Under the pieces are notes generated by a model, which made no database searches, had not been told where the DNA came from, and worked only from the letters and a program-made list of their open reading frames with translations. From Spirogloea muscicola (taxonomy: Eukaryota), in assembly GCA_009602725.1 (NCBI GenBank), contig WELB01000022.1, positions 913,971 through 955,164 on the forward strand: a DNA stretch of 41,194 bases, given 5' to 3'. Below, in pieces: positions 28,673 through 40,835 of the stretch (positions are counted from its first letter, which is position 1; every line of letters starts with the position of its first letter). Made by a program: the position numbers and the translations under genes.

Positions 28673-29352
28673 CCCTTTGCCCCAGAAGCTCGGCATCGAG
28701 ATGGTCCCTGCTCGCAGTGCCGTATTTCCATGACACAGCAGCTGCCTTCCTGTCCTCCCAAGAAGTAGCTTTGGACTGGGCTTCGGCGCTGCTGCACTGT
28801 GGTGATCTCTCATGACACTGAAGAGCAGCCAGGAGCAGGCAGGAAGACAGCTCGTCAGGTGAGCTTCATGCTCCTCAGAGCATGCTCTTACAGACATTCA
28901 ATCGAACAGAAGCTCAGAGCTTGACAGTCTTGCCTTGCAAGGGTTCCAGCTTTGACCTTTCAGCCATTGCAGAAGATAGACAGGACATGATCGTCAGTGC
29001 TTCTCGATAGTGTGTATCTGTCCCGTACAATCTCGATCAGAGATTATTGTATACTACAAGCAATTATTCAATGGCGTATTCTGTCAGGGGCTTCCATGCC
29101 TCTGTCATGGGACACCCTTCTGCCTCTGCGTGTCACTCACTCATTGCTGGCCAGCAATACACTGGCAATGCTGGGGTATGAACGACATCAGGGTGACTAT
29201 GCTGCAGATTGCTGTCCTCACACCTTTAATAGCTGGCTACCAGTTTACCATTGCTCTTCACTACAACAACAGCCAAAAAATGGTGCGAAGAGTTAGCTAG
29301 CTTTGCAAATTTACCAGTCGACATCGCGGGTTGCAGATGCACAGCATGGCTG

Positions 29353-30180
29353 TCAAGCCATGCGCTGTTGCTGGGGCGGGTAGGTGACGGTGTGGGTGCC
29401 ACCATCAAAGGCGGCGTGCCAGGGATCATGGCCACGGTACTTCAGCTCGCGGTACTCCTGGCACAGTGCGCACGGCATGCAGAGCCAGTGCACGCAGGCG
29501 TCGCCACACGGCTGCTCCGGCAGCCCGAACTTATGGCGCAGCCGCGTGCGGTAGGTGCACGAGTAGATGCACGCGCACTGCGTGAGCGCCCCCAGCAGGT
29601 ACCACAGCGCGGCGGCCGTGGGCCACGTCGTGCGGCCGCCGTCGATGGCGTCCGCCGCGAGGCCGAACGTGATGCAGGGCGCCCAGTAGGTCAGGCAGCA
29701 CACCGGGACGTCGTCGCAGCACGCGAGCAGGCCCGTCGTCCACTCGCCGCGCCGACTCACTCCTGCGGCTCCAACAACGAACGTCAGCGGCGGAGGCCCG
29801 GGCCCTCTGGCCCTGAAGCTGAGCTGACTTTCCAGGCGCTGCCGCGACGGCAACGACGCATGTCACTGGCTGCAGGGCGGTCGCTCGGCCGCCATGAAAG
29901 CCTCACCTTGGCGCCACTGCGGCGGCGGCGGCGGCTGCCCGTGCTGGTACGACCCATACGCCTCCTCCACCTTCCGAGGCACGTAGAAGTGGCTGGCCAG
30001 TCAGTGCCCGGCACAGCGACGGAGGCCTGGCGTTGGGGCTCCAGGCCCGCGCCACTGGCGACGGAGGCGCGAGGGAAGGCGGAGGAGGGGACGCACCGGC
30101 GGCGGGAAAGTGGGGTGATGGGCGGGGGCGCCGCCCGCCAGCAGCGGCTGCCGGTCGTCGGCAGGAGCGCCGGCGCCCAT
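29353..30180 (-). CDS. PLAC8-family cysteine-rich membrane protein (PCR/CNR/FW2.2-like); PLAC8 domain at about 29353-29760; 5' exons tentative
   Basis: WTTGLLACCDD, CCLTYWAPCITFG, YSCTYRTRLRHKFGLPEQPCGDACVHWLCMPCALCQEYREL. Putative start MGAGAPADDRQPLL at 30180. Confidence 0.9.
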
Positions 30181-30428
30181 GGGAGAGCGCGCAGCAGCGC
30201 AGGCGGCGGCGGCGTGGCCCTCGAGCGCGGCCTGCCTGCCGCAGGGGCTCGGCGTCGAGGCCGCAGCGGGGGCGCAGGAGCAAGCGCGCAGGGTGGGGGC
30301 GAGGGCTCGGAGCTCACTGGCTATGGGCGGCCCTCTGGTGGGCGCCCACGTCCGCGCCTTAAACCCTGGCCTGAGCCTCGGACCCCTGGAGCACCCCCCC
30401 CAGCACGCCTCGGAGGCCGCCGCCAGCC

Positions 30429-32007
30429 ATGGCCGCGGCGGCGGCGCCGGCGCCGCCGCTGCCGGAGGCGGTGGAGGAGCGGCTGCTGGCGGCGCTGGCG
30501 GCGGGCNNNNNNNNNNNNNNNNNNNNNNNNNNNNNNNNNNNNNNNNNNNNNNNNNNNNCTCTGGTGGGGCAGGTGGCGTCGCTCGCCGCGCACAGCCTCA
30601 TCGCCGCGCGCGACCTCCACCACCGCCGCTGGGCGCTCACCGACGAGGCCCGCGCCTACGCCGCCGCCGGCTCGCCCGAGGCCCAGGCCTTCGCCGCCGT
30701 GCCCGCCCCCAGCGGCATCCCGCTCGACGACCTCAAGGTCCGTCACAGCCCGTCCCGCCACCTCCAGCTGCGACGACGAGGGAGGCGCTCTGCTTGGGCC
30801 TCGTTGAGCTCCCGCTGAGCTCAGTGGAAACTCCCGTTGAGCTTCCACTGAGCCCCATTGTCTCTCCGGCGGCGGCCCATGTTGTCAGGCGAAGCTGGGG
30901 CCGGTGGCGGCCATCGGCATGAAGCAGGGCATGGCCAACAAGTGGCTGGCCGTCGCCAAGGGCGGCCCCCAGCCGCTCGTCCAGCGCAAGGCACGCCGCC
31001 GCCGCCACCATTGCCACGATCGCGCTCGTTCAGTTGGCCGCTGCTTTGGGCCGGGGCCTGTTCGCGTGCCCACTCCGGGCTCTCACTGGTCCTCCCGGGC
31101 TCTCGGGTCCAGGTCGAGGCCGTGGTGGACACCGTGCAGGAACTCCTGCGACGCATCGACCAGGAGCAGGTGCGGCAGGCCGGCTGCATTGCACTCAAGC
31201 CTGACCCGCGTGAAGTTCAGTTGACCATGTAGCACTTCGTTAGTGATTTCATTTGTAACCTGGCTGCTGATAATGTACTATTCGTCTTGGACATTAGTGC
31301 GTACCAGACCCCAGACGCTGCGCACCTAGCCGTGAAGTGGCCTCTGACTTGCGCTCGGCACATGGCGTGCACGCCTCCAGGATGTACCTGACGCTGACAT
31401 CGACTACCTCCACAAGAAGCGCAAGCTCATCACCCCCGTGTAAGCTGGCGGCACTTCGTCAGAGCTTGGGTTAGTGCTCTTGCAGGAGCCCGAGCAGTGC
31501 CGAGCAGGGCAAATAAAAGGCTGAGGTCGGCCGATTGCTACCGCCTGAGCAGGACCTGGCGAACGTTTGAGATCACCAAGGGCCCCAAGTTCGCCCTCAA
31601 GAAGTCCAAGCCCGCCACCGACCTCACCCGCGAGATGCTGCAGACGTACACGACCTCAACGCCTTACCCTGTAGTCCAGTGCCTATGTGCATCCAGATCC
31701 TGTAGCTCAGAGCCAATACTTGTTGAGCTGTGCCAATTGCCAGAAGGGTTTAGACATGAGCTCACAGGATTTGGGTCTGTCGCTGACTCTGCGACAAAGT
31801 GCGGCGGCAGCGGCGCATGGCGAAGCCAGGTCTTCAAGGAGTACAACTTCAACGCCCAGGGGCAGCCTGTGGAGGGCGGCCACCTGCACCCGCTCCTCAA
31901 GGTACCATCCGAACGCCAGATGCAGCAACTTTATAAAGTCCTCTGTGCTCGACTTTGATTTCCAGTAGGCACTGTGCACGATGCTGGCTGCTGTATGGAA
32001 TGTTCAA

Positions 32008-32089
<82 letters not shown>

Positions 32090-34860
32090 CCGTGTTCGTG
32101 TCCGTGTTCGTCCATCTTCTCATCTTGGCACAGGAGCTTAGTCAGCATTGATGGCTTGTTTCTTGTCTTCTTCTTGTGCTGCTCATTTTGTTACTTGAGT
32201 CGCAGGTCAGGGCTCAGTTCAGGAAGATTTTCCTGGAGATGGGGTGAGGCTATTTCTAGCTCTGACATTTGCATGGCTTCGCTTAGATAGTCAAAGCTCG
32301 CTGTAAAGAGTTGCATTCACTACCTTGGCAGGATCTGCGAGTGCTAGTAGTTGCCGCTGGGTGGCTCTTGCCACCGGCTTTCCAGTACATAATGCAGGGG
32401 CTTGCATCAGCAGGTTCGAGGAGATGCCCACAGACAACTTTGTAGAGAGCAGGTCAGCAAGCTCTCTATGTTACTTCAGTGCAAATCTCCTGAATGCTTC
32501 ACTGCCATATCCTCATTCCTACTTCTTTATCATCAGAGAGAGATATTGCTGCTTTGAGTCACTTGTGTCCTTGCAAGGTCGAAAGGATGATCATGCAGTT
32601 CATATGCATGTGCTGCTGCTGTGCAGCTTCTGGAACTTTGACGCGCTGTTCCAGCCCCAGCAACATCCTGCGAGGGATTCCCACGACACCTTCTTCCTCT
32701 CAGGTATGTGCCCTTCGTGATTTTCTTGTGCTCTGCCAACTTTTGATGAGATGGGCAGCTCAAGAACGACAAGTGCTTAGCAACGGTCGTCCTTGCTCCC
32801 CATCCAGCACCTAGTACTACCCGAGAGCTACCCGAGGACTACCTGCAGCGCGTCCAGGCCGTCCACGAGCGCGGCGGCTATGGCTCCTGCGGGTCTCTTA
32901 CTGCAGCTTATGTAGATAGCATGCCGACTGAGTAGTTTCCATCCACGGGCATAAGTGACTTAGCCAGCAGCCTCCCAAGTGTATGCTGCAAATCGTTGAG
33001 AAGGTGGACGTTTCTTGTGAGGAGTGGGACTGGATGGGGCAGGTACTTATGTTGCGATTATTGATTTGCAGGTATGGATATGACTGGAAACGCTCAGAGG
33101 CAGAGAAGAATCTTCTGCGAACACACACCACGGCTGTCTCATCACGCATGTTGTACAAACTGGCGCAGGTGTCCTAGACTTGGCACCTCATATGACGTGC
33201 CTCCCATTGTGCTGCCACATAGTTGAGTACCAAGCACTCGGTCATTGTATGCCAACTAGCCACTTATGGCCAATGCGTTAGCCGGCCGAAAGATCTGGAG
33301 GTCTGATTGGATCCATCGTGGTGGCCATCAGGGAAACTTTGAGCCAAAGCGGTACTTCTCAATAGATCGTGTATTCAGAAACGAGGCTGTGGACAGGACT
33401 CACCTGGCAGAGTTCCATCAGGTGGAAGGTGAGTCACTGTGCACCTACAGTGAGGTGCTTGATAGTCATCCATTTGCTTTGTATTTCTGGTATTATCTCG
33501 TCATTTTGAGCTCACCACGCTTGATTCTACTGCTGGAAGAGTTGCAAATGTACCCAGGGCAAAGTGCCTGTGACAGGCCTCTGTCAGCAACTTTTGGTTC
33601 CCGATGTCTAGGTGGCTGAATGCTGATCTCTCGCCGTCTGGGCTGGCCCCTATTGGCTGAAGGTGTCATCTGCGACCGGGGCGTGACACTTGGGGATCTC
33701 ATTGGTGTATTCGACCAGTTCTTTCGCCGCCTTGGTTAGGCTGCTGCTCCCACCACAATCATAGTCAATCTAAATACGCAGATCTTTGTACTTTGCAAAC
33801 CAACCTTGCTATGAAGGACAGCCTTGACACACATAAAGTTGTACAGGCATTCAGAAGCTGCGCTTCAAGCCTGCCTACAACCCATACACGGAGCCCAGCA
33901 TGGAGATCTTCAGGTTTGGCTGTAGCTTCCTTCTTTAGGGCTCGCCCTTCTGTAAATATAATTTAATACTGCCTTTACATATTTGTCAAGGCCACAACAA
34001 ATGGTCCAAATACCAAACGTGCCTGGCTGGTCGACAGCGTTGGTATGCCGTTGCTTGCTCCTTCACAGTCTGGCTTATGAGGTATGATTAGGTGGGATAA
34101 GTGGGGTATAACAAGCTGTAATCAAGATATATCAAGGTGCCACAAAGTGATGGTGGATGTGACACCAGCTGGCTGTGCGGTGCTGTGCTTGGCAGCTACC
34201 ACGAGCAGCTGAAGAAGTGGGTGGAGATTGGGAACTCAGGAATGTTTCGCCCCGAAATGCTGCTTCCAATGGGCCTTCCAGAGGACGTGTCGGTGGTCGC
34301 CTGGGGCTTGTCATTGGAACGGTGCACCTCGCATGCTACATGGACCAAGCCTTGTGCCCCGTGCCCTAAATGCAGTCGTGTCTGTGCAGTGGTAGAGTGG
34401 TGGGAGGTATTGCGCCTCTGCTGCAAAGCTTTGGGCGGGGAAATTTGAGGGTGGGCCGCCAGCCTCGCTGTTATTTGACCTCTCTTCCTGCATTATCACC
34501 TCATACCATCTCAAACCCTCTGTCGCAGGCCAACAATGATTCTCTACCACATTGACAACATTCGGGACCTCTTCGGGCCAAAGGTGAGGGATGTCAACAA
34601 GGGGTTCCAACATTGTCAGTGTGTATTTGCATTGCATTGCGTCACGAGGTGCACCGCTAGAGGCTGTGCGTCAGCAAGGCCACATTGCTGCCGCTGCTCG
34701 GGGATGACGGGGCTCGGAACACAAAGATCGTGGCCTAGCACCGAAACCGTACTCCAAGCTCAAGCGTTGCAGTCTGATGTCTAGTGTCCGCTTTCTCTCT
34801 ATCGTGCAGGTGGATCTGAAGCTGATCAAGAGCAATCCCATCTGCCGGCTGGGCTTTTGA
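30429..34860 (+). CDS. FARSA: Cytosolic phenylalanyl-tRNA synthetase alpha subunit, multi-exon, with a 52-N gap in exon 1
   Basis: [105 protein letters not shown] and end NPICRLGF*. Confidence 0.96.
32003..32110 (+). repeat. (GTGTTC)n hexanucleotide microsatellite in a PheRS intron
   Basis: About 17 tandem GTGTTC/GTGTCC units. Confidence 0.95.
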
Positions 34861-35369
34861 CAGTCTCTTCACTCGCCGGGCGATTGCCTGCGTCTTCATT
34901 ACCCATTTTTAAGACTGGGCCAAAGGCCTGGGGCCACTGGCGATGATCGCCGTGACAGCCCGTCAGCTGTGTGGCACCCCTTCCCCCCCTCTGGCCGGCA
35001 CTCAGCAGGCGCAGGGCCGTGCCTTGAGCGAGTGCGCGCGCAACGCGTCTGTTTGGACCGCCCACAGATGGGCGCTCTGCGGTGTAGATCGAGACGCAGC
35101 CGCGCCGCGGCATGCTGAGATGGGAGGGCGGGTAGCTCGGGCGGGGTTTGCTGCGAGTGAGGAGGAGAAGGCCCCATCTCCAGTCTCTTCCTCGAGAGGG
35201 CGCTCTCTCTCCCCCTTGCCAGCCACCTCCCTCACGTTACAGCCACCCCCATTTGGTCACTGGACTGAAAAGCCGCTTCTCGGAAGGAAACTTGGATTGG
35301 ACATGGAAGATGGGAGGTAGAGAGGGGCGCAGGAAAGACGGGAAGGGGCTTTCCAAAAGGAAGAAAGGG

Positions 35370-36062
35370 CTCCTCCAAAGCAGGCGAGGGCTGTGAGAGG
35401 ATTGAAATAGAAGAGCCGCTTCTTGCAAAGGGGGTGGAGGCTGTGAAAAGCCAGCCCAGAAAGGTGAGGTCCAAGAAACGGCCATAAGGCGCTAAAGCAG
35501 CACAGCTATGCGAGAGGCTACGGCGGATGGGACATTAGTGTCCCCGAGTAAGCAACCGCAAGTGGGAGTGACTTGCAGCTGCAGTGAGCTCTTGCAAAGA
35601 GGGCGGGGCTGGAAAAGTGAGCTCATCCAGAGCTTTTCCAAAGAGCGGAGTGTGTATTGAGTGATGGAGGGCCTGAGTGGCCATATACAAGGCAAGCACA
35701 TTGACAGCTGTACATCACCTGCTGCTAGGTGACCCGCTCAGTAGCCACTGAGTCAGCAAATAGAGGTCGATAACAGCAGAAAAGCTCGCCCAGTTAAGGA
35801 AGGTGGCTGGGACAATGAGAAGAGAGAAGAGGCACTCCCAATGGGGGCAAGGGCTGTGAAAAGCCAGCCCGAAAGGAATTGACCAAGGTTCGAAGGGGCC
35901 AAATGACGGAGGAGCCTAAAGCCTTTTCGGGCTGGGAAAGAGAGAAGTGCGCGCCCGTAGAGAAAGGCCAGCCCAAAAGGAATGGGCAAGGTCCAAAGTG
36001 ATGACTGATGCCCGAAAACCGGACGGCAATTGACAAGCTCTTGTGCCACCAGAAGGCTCGGA
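35370..36062 (-). mobile_element. Nested RLE-retrotransposon 3' fragments
   Basis: 35670-35760 and 36018-36060 are reverse complements of 39685-39781 and 39636-39683, split by 3'UTR motif copies at 35815-35900 and 35960-35997. Another motif copy lies at 35410-35475. Confidence 0.75.
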
Positions 36063-36181
36063 GGGGGCGAGGGCTGTGGACGAAACGAGAAGGCAGCCCA
36101 AGAAAGGCGACGACGAGGCCCAGGGGCGGAGAAAGTAAGGAAGCAGCGGGCGCCTTGAAGGGGCGGGGGGGGGGGCGGTCT

Positions 36182-36581
36182 NNNNNNNNNNNNNNNNNNN
36201 NNNNNNNNNNNNNNNNNNNNNNNNNNNNNNNNNNNNNNNNNNNNNNNNNNNNNNNNNNNNNNNNNNNNNNNNNNNNNNNNNNNNNNNNNNNNNNNNNNNN
36301 NNNNNNNNNNNNNNNNNNNNNNNNNNNNNNNNNNNNNNNNNNNNNNNNNNNNNNNNNNNNNNNNNNNNNNNNNNNNNNNNNNNNNNNNNNNNNNNNNNNN
36401 NNNNNNNNNNNNNNNNNNNNNNNNNNNNNNNNNNNNNNNNNNNNNNNNNNNNNNNNNNNNNNNNNNNNNNNNNNNNNNNNNNNNNNNNNNNNNNNNNNNN
36501 NNNNNNNNNNNNNNNNNNNNNNNNNNNNNNNNNNNNNNNNNNNNNNNNNNNNNNNNNNNNNNNNNNNNNNNNNNNNNNNNN
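36182..36581. other. Assembly gap (400 N); other gaps at 30507-30558, 21419 and 27407
   Basis: Runs of N in the sequence. Confidence 0.99.
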
Positions 36582-38125
36582 CGCGCCGGCCCTCTCCGCC
36601 GCCGGCGGCGGGGCGGCGGAGCGCGCGCGGGTGCGCGAGGCGTCGGAGCGCGTGCTGCGCGGCAACGACCTGGGCGGGTACACTGTGCCGGCGGCAGCGC
36701 TGTACCCGTACCAGTGGAACTGGGACAGCGCGCTGGTGGCGCTGGGGTGGGCTGCCGTGGACGAGGCGCGCGCGTGGGAGGAGCTGGGCACGCTCTTCTC
36801 GGCGCAGTGGCCCGACGGCATGGTCCCCTCCATCGCCTTCCACGCGGCCTCCTCGTCCTACTTCCCAGGGCCCGACGTCTGGGGCACCGCCGCGCAGCCG
36901 CGCCCCACCACCGGCATCACGCAGCCGCCGCTGGCCGCCTCCTCCGCGCGCAAGCTCCTGGAGGCCTCGACGGACGTCGCCTCGGCGCGGGCCCGCGCGC
37001 GGGAGCTCTTCCCCAAGCTCCTCGCCTCGCACCGCTGGTTCTACAGGTGAGGCTCCGCTAACGTAGTCATGAGCACCCTCTGTATGCACCTGGCTGGCTT
37101 AGACAGCCGCTCGTTCAGTACCAGCAGCCGCATTGGTCTTGGGCTGACGGCGGCCGGCCCTGGCCTCTCTCTGCTGGCGCAGCGCCCGAGACCCCCACGG
37201 CACCGGCCTGGTGGCGACGCTGCACCCATGGGAGTCGGGCATGGACAACAGCCCGGCGTGGGACGCGCCGCTCGCCCGCGTGCCCGTCGACGACCTGCCA
37301 CCGTACGTGCGGCGCGACCTGGGGCACGTCGACGCGTCCATGCGGCCGCGCAAGGCTGACTACGACCGCTACCTCACGCTGCTCTACCGTTTCCGCGCCG
37401 CTGGCTACGACCCCGCGCGCCTCTACCACCTCTCGCCGTTCCGCGCCACCGACCTGTGCACCAACTCCATCCTCCACCGCGCTAACGTCGACCTCCTCTG
37501 GCTCGCCGGGGAGCTCGGGCACGCCGCGGCCGAGGCGGAGATCCGAGGCTGGATCGACCGCGCGCGGCCGGCGTTCGACGACCTCTGGGACGCCACCGAC
37601 GGCATCTACCGCTCCCGGGACCAGCTCACCGGGGAGCTCCTGCCCGCGGCCACGGCCTCGGGCTTCCTCCCCCTCTACGCCAGGACGGCGTCGCCCTCGC
37701 AGGCCGCCGCACTGGCAGCCACGCTCCAGTGCTGGCTCGACCACGTCCAGTATGGCGTGCCGAGCTTGGACCCTCTGGACCCCAAGTTCGAGAGCCTGCG
37801 TTACTGGCGGGGCCCTGTGTGGGCGATCATGAACTACATGATCACTGACGGCCTTCGAGCGTACGGCTTTGACGGCATCGCCCGCCGCGTCGAGGACGAC
37901 ACACGCGCGCTCACCGGCCACCACGGACTTTATGAGTACTTCGACCCGCACACCGGCCAGGGCGCCGGCGGCAACTTCTTCTCGTGGACGGCCGCCATGT
38001 GCCTGGCGTGGCTCGACCGCATTCCCCCGCCGCTGATTGCAGAACACGACCTTGTCCTGATGGCCCGATGTGACGAGGCGCCCATCTTGGCGGCAAGCCG
38101 GATGGAGGCCACTGTCACCTTCTGA
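36582..38125 (+). CDS. GH63 / MGH1-like glycoside hydrolase (glucosylglycerate/mannosylglycerate hydrolase-like); exons <36582-37046 and 37183-38125; start lost in gap
   Basis: LRGNDLGGYTVPAAALYPYQWNWDSA, QWPDGMVP.I.F, GITQPP, HPWESGMDNSPAWD, RYWRGPVW, GLYEYFDP and FSWTAA. Confidence 0.9.
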
Positions 38126-39348
38126 AGGCTGAGTTGCACGTGCAACAGCAGCATCCACATTCCTTTTGTCATTTGGTCCTGGCTGCCGTCAAGGCGACCA
38201 TGCAAATTTTGCGTTCTGCTCCATTGAGCACTACTTTTTGCAGCCCAATTTAATGGATAGTCGTGTTAGGGCCAGTCTTTCCAGGTTAGAAACATCCAAG
38301 TAGAGGTTGATAACAGACAGTGCCAGGTACTGCAGCCAAAGCTCAGTCCCTCATTCCCTCGGGGGCCGGACACTGCATGGTTCTCACCCATTATTCGACA
38401 TTTGTTGTCAATGTTGTTGAACTTCGCAGCCTCGACTTTCTCTGCAGGATGAGCGTGATGAGTCACATGAAAATTGCACTTTGAGTGGTCACATCGTACA
38501 ATGTGAAGTGAAGCCCTTCTGCCACTCCAAGGAAGCCATTAATGGGCAAGGCTCTCATCCCCACGTCTTTGTACCTCAGCAATCATGGCATTCTGGCCGC
38601 CAAGTCGCTGGGGCGGCGCAAAAGAAGAAGAGAGAGGACCTCGATTCGCCCTCGATTTGGCCACCTGGGCACGCATTGGGCACTTTGCTAAGCAGCAGCT
38701 CCTTGAGCAGCTTGGTGTTGACAGCCAGAGCACCATGGCCTTCTGCCAATGCCTGCTTGCAGGTCTTTCCGGTAGGTCAAAGACGCCCAAAGGAGGAGAT
38801 GCGAGGCTGCACCCTAGCGTGCAGAAGGGCATCCTTAAAAGAGATAGCAACAGCATCAACGACACGGCCGAGGCGCAAGTGCATCCTCTGCGAGGCCCCA
38901 GTATAGGAAGCTGGTGTCTGTGGAAGGCCTGCCCAAGTAAGACTGGAGAAGTCCTGAAGGGGCCCAAAAGCACAAACCACACATCTACACAGGCGGCTAC
39001 GACGAGTATCCTCTACTGTGGTCTCGTTGCACTGCATCTGTACCAATGTGCAAGGCGAGGTGCTCAACAACCCTAGTCAGCAGCCGCAAGTCAGAGTACC
39101 TTGCAGCCAAAAGTACAAAGCTCCATCAAGAACAGGCTGTCCTTGCCCAAGAGTGCAGGCGAACACAGCCGGAAAGTGTCACCTCTACGAGAACCAGAAG
39201 CAGCATGCAAATAAAGCGCAGCCTGCCCGCGACTGCGCTGCAATGAAAGAGGTCTTTCGTGGCAAAGGAAGGAGTCTGCCGAAGTTAAGGCAACGACTGT
39301 GAGAGGCCAGTCCAAGAGGAATGAACGAGGTCCAAAAGGTTAGAATAC

Positions 39349-39790
39349 TTGCAGTGGAGAGTGCAGCTGCAGAGGAAGCTGCAGCACTACTCTGACTACC
39401 CCTGCAGCCATCACCTACTACCGGCTGCAATAGGCGCTTTTGGCTGCATTCGTCCTCGCTTCATATCCTATTTGAGAATATCGGAAGAGAATTTCGGAAC
39501 TCTAGGATATGGACGACGTGATATGCATCCAGCCCAGATGGGCATGCCGGCAGCCTCTTTGTCGTTTTTGCGATGTCATGTGTCAGCCTGTTTGCAGCGA
39601 GCTCAGGCTCATCATGCTTTGCATCAGGAGCTGGTCGAGCCTTAGCTGTTGGCACAAGAGCTTGTCAAATCGCCATCCGGTGTCTTGCTGACTCATGGTT
39701 ACTGAGCGGGTCATCAGCTCCGCTGCAGGTGCTGTAAATCTGTCGATGTGCTTGCCTTCGTAGTACTTGGCCACTCAGGCCACATCACAC
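39349..39790 (+). mobile_element. Diverged RLE-retrotransposon 3' fragment (second subfamily)
   Basis: QRKLQHYSDYPCSHHLLPAAIGAFGCIRPRFISYL...VSACLQRAQAHHALH...LLTHGY*, parallel to the 40250-40628 copy. Its 3'UTR is shared with 8170-8315 and 35670-35740. Confidence 0.7.
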
Positions 39791-40222
39791 CCTGTTATAA
39801 AGTGATCCATACTACCCAAGCTCTACGACAGCGCTTTTGCCCCTTCGGACCTTGTCAATACTTCTCGGGCTGGCTGTTCACAGCCCTTGGCCCTTTTGGG
39901 CAAAGAGAATTGGCTCGCCCATAGAAGACGAAAGTGCTCGCCCATAGAGAAGAGGGCTGGCAAAGCCAGCCCAAAAAGAATGGACAATGTCCAAATCCAA
40001 AGAAAGAGGAGCCGGAAAAGGACTACACTACAAAACACAAGACGGTGCAGAGGAAGAAAAGAGCTCAGTACCCGCAAGTGAGCAACATCAAGTCTGAGTA
40101 GCTCGCTACTCAGACCTCACCTCGCTGCTCAAATCCTCACAGCTGCGAGTCACTCCGACTTGCTGCTGCTCACTCGTGGTTACTAAGCTTTCACCTGCAG
40201 TAGTCTCGTGTCTAGCTGTCTA

Positions 40223-40804
40223 GCTGTCGTTTCCGGGGCTTTCTGCCTCGAGGGCTGGCCATGCTGCGGCGAACGCCGCTCGCACCAAGGCCGCCAAACA
40301 CGCTGACCACCCGGCTGGGGACGAGTTCGTACCCCTGGCCGTGGATGTGCACGGGGTTTTCGGGTCCCAGTGGCTCGACCTGCTGGCCAGGCTTGCGCGA
40401 CGCGCTGTGTCAGTCCCGCAGGTGAAGTAGCAGGCTGATTTCAACGCGGCTAGCTCGTTGGCCCAAGTCTATCGCATGCGACTCGCCTTATCACTTCAGC
40501 GGTCCATGGCCCACGCCTTGCATCTGCGTGCTGGCCGTGCTCGCGCTGCGGCCTCCGGCTTTCTTCCGGGGGATAGTTTTCCGGCAGCTAGTCTGTCGGG
40601 TTTGAGGCTCCTCACTCGTAACTACTGAGTGGTCCATCCTCCCCCGTTCTGCCCTAGCCTCTTCAGGCCCCGCAGTCGCTGCTTAGCTCGTAGTTTGGCC
40701 CTTTCGAAGCTTGTCAATTCTTTTCGGGCTGGCTTCTCACAGCCCTTGCCCCCATTGGGAGAGCCACTTCTTCTATGGCAGAACGGGGGAGGATGGACCA
40801 CTCA
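40223..40804 (+). mobile_element. 5'-truncated RLE-type (CRE-like) non-LTR retrotransposon, with an internal stop near 40428
   Basis: SASRAGHAAANAARTKAAKHADHPAGDEFVPLAVDVHGVFGSQWLDLLARLARR...RLALSLQRSMA fits the restriction-like endonuclease tail pattern (K..KY, F.P..vE..G, RLS..LQR). Stop at 40626-40628, then a structured 3'UTR. Confidence 0.8.
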
Positions 40805-40835
40805 CTCAGTCAGTCACCACTTCTTCTTACAGTCC

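Noticed and set aside
29251..30922. Long overlapping ORFs (518, 247 and 177 aa)
   Set aside because: Antisense or off-frame shadows of GC-rich PLAC8 and PheRS exons, some reading through an N gap.
31897..32290. HEHEHE and CSCSCS 'metal-binding' ORFs
   Set aside because: These are translations of an intronic (GTGTTC)n microsatellite.
35794..37089. Long ORFs of 305-431 aa
   Set aside because: Inflated by the 400-N gap and antisense to GH63.
38481..39302. Several 90-160-aa ORFs with scattered Cys/His
   Set aside because: No recognisable domain or splice structure; possibly decayed TE sequence, but unsupported.
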